Position numbers and translations under genes: made by a program. The notes beneath the pieces were generated by a model. It made no database searches. It was not told where the DNA came from and was given only the letters and a program-made list of their open reading frames with translations. 64,000 nt of DNA, from assembly GCA_003820375.1 (NCBI GenBank), contig RPQH01000016.1, positions 11-64,010 on the forward strand, given 5' to 3'. Numbering within the stretch: the stretch's first letter is position 1; each line of letters opens with the position of its first letter. Below, one piece after another: positions 26,469 through 34,168 of the stretch. The DNA is from Ignavibacteriota bacterium (lineage in GTDB: Bacteria; Bacteroidota; Ignavibacteria; Tepidaquicellales; OLB5).

Positions 26469-27776
26469 TTAAAATTTCTTAAATAACCAATAGCTGAAAC
26501 CTGCCATGAAGCGGGTGTCAGTCTTATAGATCCGGTTTTTTATAAATTGTCCCTGTAAATCAATTGTAAACTGCCTGATTGGCCTGTAAGTAATGCCAAT
26601 CATTCCGCTCAGTGAATTTACCTTATCAACAAAATAATCACCAAGCTCGTATCTTGCATAACTGATAGCAGCATTCCCTGAAAGTTTTTCGGGAACTATC
26701 TGGTTTGTGTAATAGGCGTTAATACCGTCAGACTCTCCGGAATATCCCATATATCTTGTAAAGTTAATTCCGAAGTTTGCATGACTGACACCTGCCTGCA
26801 CCCTTATTGAGTTATCATCATCATATATCACATCCGAAACTCTTACGAATGCATTCATACCGTTATTGAAAGTATAATCTGCACCACCTTCGATTTCCAT
26901 GTTCTGCTTATGTGTAAATACCCAGAAAATTGTATTATAAGCTAACTGCGGCTGCCTGTATGTGTAACCGGCAGAGAGGTTCAGATTTTTCATAACGTTT
27001 GTTCTTACATTGAACTCACCGTAATAAAATTTCTTCAGGTTAATATCATAATATGCATTGCCGTAGAAGTTATGTTTTCCGAGGTAAGTATAATTGAAAT
27101 CTAATCCTGCGAGCTGTTCGGCAGGAGTATCATAATCAATTAAAACTTCCTGCAGATTGAATAAGCTGTCAGGACGCAGTGTATAATATGAAGCAAGCTT
27201 ACGGTGCTTGTTGGTGTAGCTCAATGATGCCATAAGGTCTTTCACTCCATAGTAAGCAAACTGTGCACCCACCATGTAGTTTTCCTTGGCTTTAAAATGG
27301 CTAGTGAAGGTATAATCGTAAGGAGTAAGCGCTCCTCCAAAGCCTGTTAACTGAAATTCTTTGTTCTTTCCTGCTTTTATCTTAAGTAATAAACCGTCTA
27401 TTGGTCCTTTGCCAACACCGGCATAAACATACTGCCTGCCTGCTTTTACATCAAGAACGTTGAACAGGTTCGTTCCTTTAATGTACAGGTTATATGCCCT
27501 GTATTTAAATGCATCTTCCGATGTTTTGTTCATCACATCTTCTTCAGCCTGCAGAGATGTATTAAAGCTCCATTGCTTCTGCTGAACTTCAAAAAGAAGG
27601 TTCTGGTAAGCTTTCATGTGGAATGTTTTAGGACCGGCATTTCCTGCTGAGTCAGCAAGAGAGTCAGCTCTTTCCCATCCGTACACATTTGTGCTGAACC
27701 TAAGATTCAAGTTTTGAGAATACAATACAGGTAGTGATACAAAGAAAAGAAAAACAAAAAGTAGTATTTTTTTCAT
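26469..27776 (-). CDS. Predicted outer-membrane beta-barrel (porin-like) protein embedded among the cytochromes
   Basis: Signal peptide, alternating aromatic/polar beta-strand pattern throughout, C-terminal ...FSYWLFKKF. Confidence 0.65.
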   Translation of the reverse strand: MKKILLFVFLFFVSLPVLYSQNLNLRFSTNVYGWERADSLADSAGNAGPKTFHMKAYQNLLFEVQQKQWSFNTSLQAEEDVMNKTSEDAFKYRAYNLYIKGTNLFNVLDVKAGRQYVYAGVGKGPIDGLLLKIKAGKNKEFQLTGFGGALTPYDYTFTSHFKAKENYMVGAQFAYYGVKDLMASLSYTNKHRKLASYYTLRPDSLFNLQEVLIDYDTPAEQLAGLDFNYTYLGKHNFYGNAYYDINLKKFYYGEFNVRTNVMKNLNLSAGYTYRQPQLAYNTIFWVFTHKQNMEIEGGADYTFNNGMNAFVRVSDVIYDDDNSIRVQAGVSHANFGINFTRYMGYSGESDGINAYYTNQIVPEKLSGNAAISYARYELGDYFVDKVNSLSGMIGITYRPIRQFTIDLQGQFIKNRIYKTDTRFMAGFSYWLFKKF

Positions 27777-27800
27777 ATCATTTTATTTTTTAAAATAGGA

Positions 27801-27824
27801 TACGCCCGCAGCTCAGCGGGCGTA
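27801..27824 (-). terminator. GC-rich hairpin (possible intra-operon attenuator or terminator)
   Basis: TACGCCCGC (27801-27809) / GCGGGCGTA (27816-27824). The T-run is better on the plus strand than on the coding (minus) strand. Confidence 0.4.
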
Positions 27825-27839
27825 ATTTTTAATTAACAC

Positions 27840-28403
27840 TTACTTCTTCGGATGCTGAATCTTTGCCCATGCTTCATCAAAGTTGAATGCTTTGAATGTC
27901 GGACTATCAGCATTATGGCATGTTGTACAGAAAGCTGCTTTATCTGAATGCTCAAGTAAACCGTTTGCAACTGCCTGTGCATGGTCTTTCATAATAGACA
28001 TAGATTTATAAGCTGAACCGGGACCGTGGCATGTTTCGCACTGTACACCTTTTGTTTTGTCAAATGTTGCATCAAGCTCAGCTTCTACCAGTTCTTTTCC
28101 AAGTGTATGGCATTTTACGCACTGCGGAGTTTCTGCTGCTGCAGTGGTGAATCCTTTATCTTTAGCTATCTTATCTGCCTCAGGTGTGGTAAGAACTGTA
28201 TATGCCTGTGAGTGTTTTGATTCCTGCCATATTTCGAGCTGTTTTCCTTTTGCATCGCCTTTATGGCACATACCGGCGCATTTATCTACACCGATATATT
28301 TGAAATCACCGGCAGCTTTACCTGTATCACCGGTAAAGGCAGAAAAAGAAATGAAGGCAACTAAAAAGATTATAGTTGCCGGTAAATAAATTTTCTTATT
28401 CAT
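27840..28403 (-). CDS. Tetrahaem c-type cytochrome, cytochrome c554-family-like
   Basis: CAGMCH (CX3CH), CVKCH, CETCHGPGS, CTTCH. Signal peptide present. Confidence 0.85.
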   Translation of the reverse strand: MNKKIYLPATIIFLVAFISFSAFTGDTGKAAGDFKYIGVDKCAGMCHKGDAKGKQLEIWQESKHSQAYTVLTTPEADKIAKDKGFTTAAAETPQCVKCHTLGKELVEAELDATFDKTKGVQCETCHGPGSAYKSMSIMKDHAQAVANGLLEHSDKAAFCTTCHNADSPTFKAFNFDEAWAKIQHPKK

Positions 28404-28552
28404 GGTTGATTAATTTAGTTTGAATAATTCAAGTTAATTAAGTTGGTTAAATAATAAAAGATAAAAAGTTACTTATCTTTATTCACTTGTTATACTTTGG
28501 AGTAGTATTTATTGTTCTTCACTCCAAAATTAAAAAATTGTTGATTACTGCT

Positions 28553-28788
28553 ACCTCACCCCCCAACCCCCTCTCCATCCACGCAGTGCGGGACTTCGCA
28601 AGCTCAGCATAGAGAGGGGGAGATTCTGAGGATTTATACTCTTCTACTCCCTCCTCCACTTGGAGAGGGGAGATTCTGAGCTTTTAAGCTCTTCTACTAC
28701 CTCTCTCCATTTGGAGGAAAGCAAGAAGAATTTTTAATCACCTGCATCTCCCCCTCTCCAAGTGGAGAGGGGGTTGGGGGGGTGAGGT
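28553..28788. repeat. Nested palindromic repeat element inside the cytochrome cluster
   Basis: Outer arms ACCTCACCCCCCAACCCCCTCTCCA (28553-28577) / TGGAGAGGGGGTTGGGGGGGTGAGGT (28763-28788). Two internal units of about 50 bp contain GGAGAGGGGAGATTCTGAG...CTCTTCTACT.CCTC. Confidence 0.85.
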
Positions 28789-28817
28789 TTTAAAAATTTG
28801 CTTAAGACCGCAATATT

Positions 28818-29987
28818 TTAGTTCTTTTTTAATAACCCGTGTTTTTCGAAAAACGGGAAAATTTTATCGAACTGCCTTAAAAGAATAAAAGGTATTGCAA
28901 TAATTAAAACCGATACAATCAATCCTTCTTTATCAAATAAGCCCGGGAAATATTCAGTAAATCCACGCATACTTTTTGAAACGAGCTGACCGCCGATAAC
29001 CACATTCCAGCGCATAAGCAGAACCTGTATCAAAAGCATACCTGAAGATAACCATATCATAAAATTTTTTATTCTTGTGTCGAACTTAAAAAGCGAAGTT
29101 ACGCAAAGCAATAAAAACGGTATAACCGAAAAAACTCCAATTTGCAGGTAGACATATGAAACCAAAAGCTTTCCGTCTATGAGCTCTCTTAAGATTGTCC
29201 ACCTTTCTGTGTTCTCATAAGCAATTGAAAGAACTTCCATAAGCTCAAGCACAACAGCAATAATCATAAATCCCCACAGCCATTTTCCCATAAGATTTAG
29301 GCATTCCTGGTCAACCGGTTTTTTTCTCAGCCAGTGTACAAACTGGTATAAAAATATAAGAACAGAAAGACCCGATACTATTGCCGAGAAAATGAATATG
29401 ATGAACATAAGCGGTGTTGACCACCAGAGATTAGCTTTAATTGAACCAAAAAGAAAACCGACGTAACCGTGAAGTATGCATGCAACCGGGATACCGAAAC
29501 CTGCAAGGAAAATAATAAGCTTTTTATCAAACTCTTTTGCTTTATCAGATTTAACGGTAACACCCATTGTAAGAATATAATAAAGCTTCTTCATAATACC
29601 GCGTGAGCTGTTATACTTGTCTATGATTTCTTCACGGTAGCAAAACCAGACTTCAAGAACAACAATCAGCAGGTAAAAAGTATAAACAAAGCCAAAGCCG
29701 CTCATAGCAGATGAAAAATTCGGTGTTAGCATTATATTCATTGCACGCATCGGGCTTCCAAGATGGTTTAAAAGCGGCACCGTTGCAAACAATAAAAATG
29801 CAAGTGATGATACAAGCGCAAACTTGGCAATCGATTTCAGCTTTTCCATACCAAATACATGATAGAATGAGGATACTATAAAAGCTCCCGCCACCATACC
29901 TGTTATATAAGGATACAGCACTATCATGACTGTCCATGTTATATGCAGTTCATTCGGGAATACAAAACCTTCAGCAATATGTTCCAT
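28818..29987 (-). CDS. NrfD/PsrC-family polytopic membrane quinol-interacting subunit
   Basis: About 10 TM helices. The N-terminus W.VMIVLYPYITGMVAGAF is typical of the NrfD family. Its start overlaps the FeS-subunit stop by 1 nt. Confidence 0.85.
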   Translation of the reverse strand: MEHIAEGFVFPNELHITWTVMIVLYPYITGMVAGAFIVSSFYHVFGMEKLKSIAKFALVSSLAFLLFATVPLLNHLGSPMRAMNIMLTPNFSSAMSGFGFVYTFYLLIVVLEVWFCYREEIIDKYNSSRGIMKKLYYILTMGVTVKSDKAKEFDKKLIIFLAGFGIPVACILHGYVGFLFGSIKANLWWSTPLMFIIFIFSAIVSGLSVLIFLYQFVHWLRKKPVDQECLNLMGKWLWGFMIIAVVLELMEVLSIAYENTERWTILRELIDGKLLVSYVYLQIGVFSVIPFLLLCVTSLFKFDTRIKNFMIWLSSGMLLIQVLLMRWNVVIGGQLVSKSMRGFTEYFPGLFDKEGLIVSVLIIAIPFILLRQFDKIFPFFEKHGLLKKN

Positions 29988-30778
29988 TATTTAACTTCCT
30001 TATCTAATCCAATATAATAACATTTAGGATTTGTACCGAGCTCAGCTTTAAGTAAACCATATCTTCTCTGGTTAAGGATTTTCCTGATTTTACTGTTCGG
30101 GTCTTTAAGATTACCGAAAATTCTTGCATTACGCGGACATGCATTAACACATGCGGGCGCTTCACCTTTATGAATACGGTGATAGCACAGTGTACATTTA
30201 TCGGCAATTCCTTTTTCTTCATCAATGTACCTGCATCCATACGGGCATGCCTGGACACAGTAGCCGCATCCAACGCAGCGTTCCTTATCGATTAGCACAA
30301 CACCATCGGGTGATTCATATGACGCTCCCACGGGACATACCTGTGTGCATGCAGAATCATAACAATGGTTGCACAGCTTTGGTACAAAAAATGCTTTTAC
30401 AATATCATTGCTGTCGAAGTTATCCGATTGGAAACTTTCAATTGCACCTTTGGGAGAATCAACTCGTATCTCGCCTTTGCTGTCAATCTCATATCTTTCA
30501 ACCCATGTTCTGAAATAAGATTCGGGGACATTGTTCTCAACCTTGCATGCTCTTACGCATGCTCCGCATCCGATACATCTTGTTGTATCAACAATAAAAC
30601 CCCAGTCATATTTAAGCAAGTCTTCATAGTTATCTACAACAATATCCTTATCTCCCTTGCCAAAAGCGAAGAACGAACCGCAAAGTACGCCGGCAGCAGA
30701 ATACAGACCAAGCCTTAGAAACTGGCGGCGTTCCATTTTCGCAGACTCTGAATCGTTTAGTTTTTCTTCTTTTTCCAT
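29987..30778 (-). CDS. Tat-exported 4x[4Fe-4S] ferredoxin-type subunit (NrfC/PsrB-like)
   Basis: Twin-arginine motif RRQFLRLG. Four Cys clusters: CIGCGACVRAC, CNHCYDSACTQVCP, CVGCGYCVQACP, CTLCYHR...ACVNACP. Start taken at MEKEEKL rather than the extended ORF to 30841. Confidence 0.88.
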   Translation of the reverse strand: MEKEEKLNDSESAKMERRQFLRLGLYSAAGVLCGSFFAFGKGDKDIVVDNYEDLLKYDWGFIVDTTRCIGCGACVRACKVENNVPESYFRTWVERYEIDSKGEIRVDSPKGAIESFQSDNFDSNDIVKAFFVPKLCNHCYDSACTQVCPVGASYESPDGVVLIDKERCVGCGYCVQACPYGCRYIDEEKGIADKCTLCYHRIHKGEAPACVNACPRNARIFGNLKDPNSKIRKILNQRRYGLLKAELGTNPKCYYIGLDKEVK

Positions 30779-30791
30779 GATGTGTTTGAGA

Positions 30792-32060
30792 TTAATGACA
30801 TTGTTTACAAAAATCTTCCTTATGACATTTAGCACATACATCTTTTCCCTTTTGGGAAACTACATCCTTATGGGTTTCTTCAAATCCTTTAGGATGTGGT
30901 ATTTCAACTTTATGGCAGTTTGCACATGAGTTCTGCTTGTGACAGAATTCACATGAAGACTTATTTTGAGCTGCTGACTCCGGGTGCAGCTTAGACCAGC
31001 TTGGTACATGCGATACCGGCTTTGTTTTCAAATGGCATGATGAACACTGGTTAGTTGTATGGCACTTCTGGCAAAGCTGCGAATTATCCTTTGTAAAACT
31101 TTTATGCTCACGTGTCCAATTTTTAGGATGAGGGTCTTCTTTAGTATTCTGATTCATGTCGTGAATCTGGTCAGCATGGCATTTCAGGCAAATTTTCTCA
31201 TCTGATTTTTCAATAATATTCAGGTTGCCGATATGCGACGGCCAGTCTATCTTCGGCGGATACTTTTCATCCTTGAATGATTTTTTCTCATGGCATAAGA
31301 GACAGAACTTTACATTTCCGTTTTTATATATCCTGCCTGTAGTCTCATTTTCTTTATGATATAAATGGCACGTTCTGCAGTCAATATATTTATGATGCGG
31401 ACGCACCTCAAAGCTTTTTACAACACTTGAATGACAGTCTTTACATTCAAATATTGCAGGATGGTCTGCAACTTCTTTAAAGCTTTTTTCGGGTTTCTTG
31501 TTATGGCATTCAGTGCATTTATACACTATTGGGTGAATGCGTGACTGCTTTACTTCCGTTAAAAGAAAAACCGGCTCATGAGGACTGTGGCACTCTATAC
31601 ATTTGGTTCCCTTATTGGTTACATTAAGGAATTTATAGTGCTCGTCCTGGTCAATCTGCGGAAAATCACTCGGCCTGGCTTTAAGCTTTCTGTGACAGAA
31701 GAGGCACCCTTCCAGCTTGAATTCTCTTGGCATTACAGCCTGTTCTTTTGTAATTGTGCCAAGGCTGTCTTTATGATAAGTTACGTGCAGGTTACCTGCT
31801 CCATGGCAATCAACACATGGTACATTATAATGAGCATCTTTACCGTGAAGCTGGTAAATCCCCTCATGACAACTTTTGCATGTGTTGCTGTTTTGGTTTA
31901 TTATCGGTAGTGCACGGTTCTGGTTATTTGCTTCCCACCTGTAATGACCATGCAGCCCGAAGTTTTCAGGCAATGCAATCTGCCGGGCAATAAAACCAAT
32001 TACTCCCAAAACCACGATGATTGAGAAAATCCTCACAATATGTGATTTATCTTTAAACAC
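30792..32060 (-). CDS. Membrane-anchored 15-haem c-type cytochrome
   Basis: N-terminal TM helix and 15 CXXCH motifs. The protein ends in ...CKQCH. Confidence 0.9.
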   Translation of the reverse strand: MFKDKSHIVRIFSIIVVLGVIGFIARQIALPENFGLHGHYRWEANNQNRALPIINQNSNTCKSCHEGIYQLHGKDAHYNVPCVDCHGAGNLHVTYHKDSLGTITKEQAVMPREFKLEGCLFCHRKLKARPSDFPQIDQDEHYKFLNVTNKGTKCIECHSPHEPVFLLTEVKQSRIHPIVYKCTECHNKKPEKSFKEVADHPAIFECKDCHSSVVKSFEVRPHHKYIDCRTCHLYHKENETTGRIYKNGNVKFCLLCHEKKSFKDEKYPPKIDWPSHIGNLNIIEKSDEKICLKCHADQIHDMNQNTKEDPHPKNWTREHKSFTKDNSQLCQKCHTTNQCSSCHLKTKPVSHVPSWSKLHPESAAQNKSSCEFCHKQNSCANCHKVEIPHPKGFEETHKDVVSQKGKDVCAKCHKEDFCKQCH

Positions 32061-32107
32061 AATATTTAGAATAAGTTTATAAGAATATTTTTAAGAAAAA
32101 ATTAATA

Positions 32108-34168
32108 TCATTTTATAGATTTAAGTTGTTTAATTTTTTCGGATAATAGGGAGCTCAACAAATCATAATTATGAACATAAATACTCTGGTGCGATGAAAT
32201 ATCGTTAATTATTTTTCTTGTTTCTGTTACTATTGCCTGCTGTTCGCTGTCTAAAGGCATGCCTTTAACTTTTGCAATTTCAGATTCAGCTTCTTTTACT
32301 GCATCTTTAATTTCTTTTTTCCAATCGTTCGCCATTCCTTCATATGAGTTATCATGACATTTTATGCAAATATCATTTTTCGGCTTTATTACATTATCGC
32401 CCTGAGAATGGCAATCTATACAATGTACGCCGCCCTGCTTCATGAAATCCGGCTGGTTCTTCTTGAAATAATTACCGTCATAAACGGATACCTGGAACTC
32501 ATGACACTTTGCACAGGATTCATTGGTCTTCCCTGATGAGTGGTGGCAGCTATTGCAGTTTTCCTTGCTTACAATTAATTTTCCATGGTCCTGTTCATTT
32601 GAATGGCATTTTGCACAGGCTATTCTCTCTTTTACTATATGAAGATTATGAGAGAAATTCATATCATACTTTTTAACGTTGATTTCCTGTATTCCTGAAT
32701 GACAGTTGTAACATTCATTTGGTATCAGCTCAGAGCTAGATTCAAATGCAGGAAGATTGACCGGTGCACCGATAATCGACATAGATTTTTTCATAAGATT
32801 GTAACCGGCTATTAACAGCTTATCGGCAAACTGCACGTTGTGAACGCTTTTTCCTACTTCTACTATTCTTATATTATGGTTTGCTTCATCCAGTGCCTTT
32901 ATTGCTTCCTGTTTGTTGCTGCTTTTCGAATTATAAACCTGGAAGCTTACTGTATTATAAATTGATTTTATTAATGCTACTCTTTTTCCTGAAGCTATTT
33001 CCCACTGTTGTACAAGCCTGTCATATCCTTTTCCGTGGCATTTATCGCACGAGCTTCCGCCGGATTTTGATGTCGTAATATCTTTCTTATCTGTTTCATG
33101 AAATACATGGCATCCTTTGCAGTTTATTCCGTTCATATACATTACGCTGGGTGATTTATCGACGTTGAACCCGTTTTCTCCTGTATATAAACTTACCTGT
33201 GATGTGTGAGCATTTGTATGACAGCTCTGGCAATCAGGCGGGCTGTTTGGGTCAATTTTTTGAATTTTATGCTGTATCTGGCTGTGGCATGTGAAACATT
33301 TCATGCTGTGCTTGGTAATATGAGTTGTATGCATGAACTCGGTATCATCATACCTGTCGAGACGCACTGTTTCAAAATGGCACTGGAAGCATCTTTCTTT
33401 TCCTACTTCACCATTGCCTGCTACTACATTAGAATGGCAATTATTACACTGTATGTTGTTACTTACAACTGATGTATGGTCATACCTGAAATTTGCCATC
33501 TGAATTTTTGATTTGTCACTCCAGTTATGGCAGGTTTTACAATCGGTCAGCTTATCCCATTTATGTTCGGGATCATCTGATTTTTTGAAATGACAATTAA
33601 AGCACGTTGCTTCGGTTACTTCAATATGAGAGCCCTGAACAATCTGTGAATGGCAGCTTGTACATTTAAGCGTTTTGCCCCTCCTCAGGTCTGCCAGGTG
33701 ATTCTTATGGTTAAACTTTATTCCTTTAAAATCATAAGTAGTATCCTGTAAAGCCTGCTTTTCATGGCATCCGCTTCTTGCACATGTGTTATCCGGTATT
33801 TCAGCCCATGGTTTGCGTTTCTTGTAAGACATGGATACGTAATTCACAATCTGAACCAAACCGTTTAGCTTTCCTCTTACAGTTCCGGAAATTCCGGGTT
33901 CAAAATGGCACTCTACGCAATCTATTTTATTATGGGCTGAAGTTCTCCAGCTCTGGTAAAAGGTTTCCATGTAATGACACGTAGGGCAGAAGCTGGGTCT
34001 TGATGTATATTCAGCCGCTGCTGCTGTTATAATAAGCAGGAGCAAAAGAGTTGTTACAGTATATTTTGAAATTCTTATAAACTTAGACCCGCGCTTATAA
34101 AAATCACGAACAGATTTATAAGCCCCCGATAATTTTTTCCCGGTATTTTTAAGTATATTATTTCCCAT
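32108..34168 (-). CDS. NapC/NirT-like membrane-anchored multihaem cytochrome (17 CXXCH + 1 CX4CH)
   Basis: TM helix followed at once by CPTCH...CVECH (NapC/NirT-like entry). CARSGCH. Two helical inserts containing VHNVQFADKLL and VHNYDLLSSLL. Confidence 0.85.
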   Translation of the reverse strand: MGNNILKNTGKKLSGAYKSVRDFYKRGSKFIRISKYTVTTLLLLLIITAAAAEYTSRPSFCPTCHYMETFYQSWRTSAHNKIDCVECHFEPGISGTVRGKLNGLVQIVNYVSMSYKKRKPWAEIPDNTCARSGCHEKQALQDTTYDFKGIKFNHKNHLADLRRGKTLKCTSCHSQIVQGSHIEVTEATCFNCHFKKSDDPEHKWDKLTDCKTCHNWSDKSKIQMANFRYDHTSVVSNNIQCNNCHSNVVAGNGEVGKERCFQCHFETVRLDRYDDTEFMHTTHITKHSMKCFTCHSQIQHKIQKIDPNSPPDCQSCHTNAHTSQVSLYTGENGFNVDKSPSVMYMNGINCKGCHVFHETDKKDITTSKSGGSSCDKCHGKGYDRLVQQWEIASGKRVALIKSIYNTVSFQVYNSKSSNKQEAIKALDEANHNIRIVEVGKSVHNVQFADKLLIAGYNLMKKSMSIIGAPVNLPAFESSSELIPNECYNCHSGIQEINVKKYDMNFSHNLHIVKERIACAKCHSNEQDHGKLIVSKENCNSCHHSSGKTNESCAKCHEFQVSVYDGNYFKKNQPDFMKQGGVHCIDCHSQGDNVIKPKNDICIKCHDNSYEGMANDWKKEIKDAVKEAESEIAKVKGMPLDSEQQAIVTETRKIINDISSHQSIYVHNYDLLSSLLSEKIKQLKSIK

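Noticed and set aside
28818-32060. Cytochrome c nitrite reductase (Nrf), alternative complex III, or polysulfide/tetrathionate reductase
   Set aside because: I found no CXXCK (NrfA) motif in any cytochrome in the window, and no molybdopterin-type catalytic subunit gene is adjacent.
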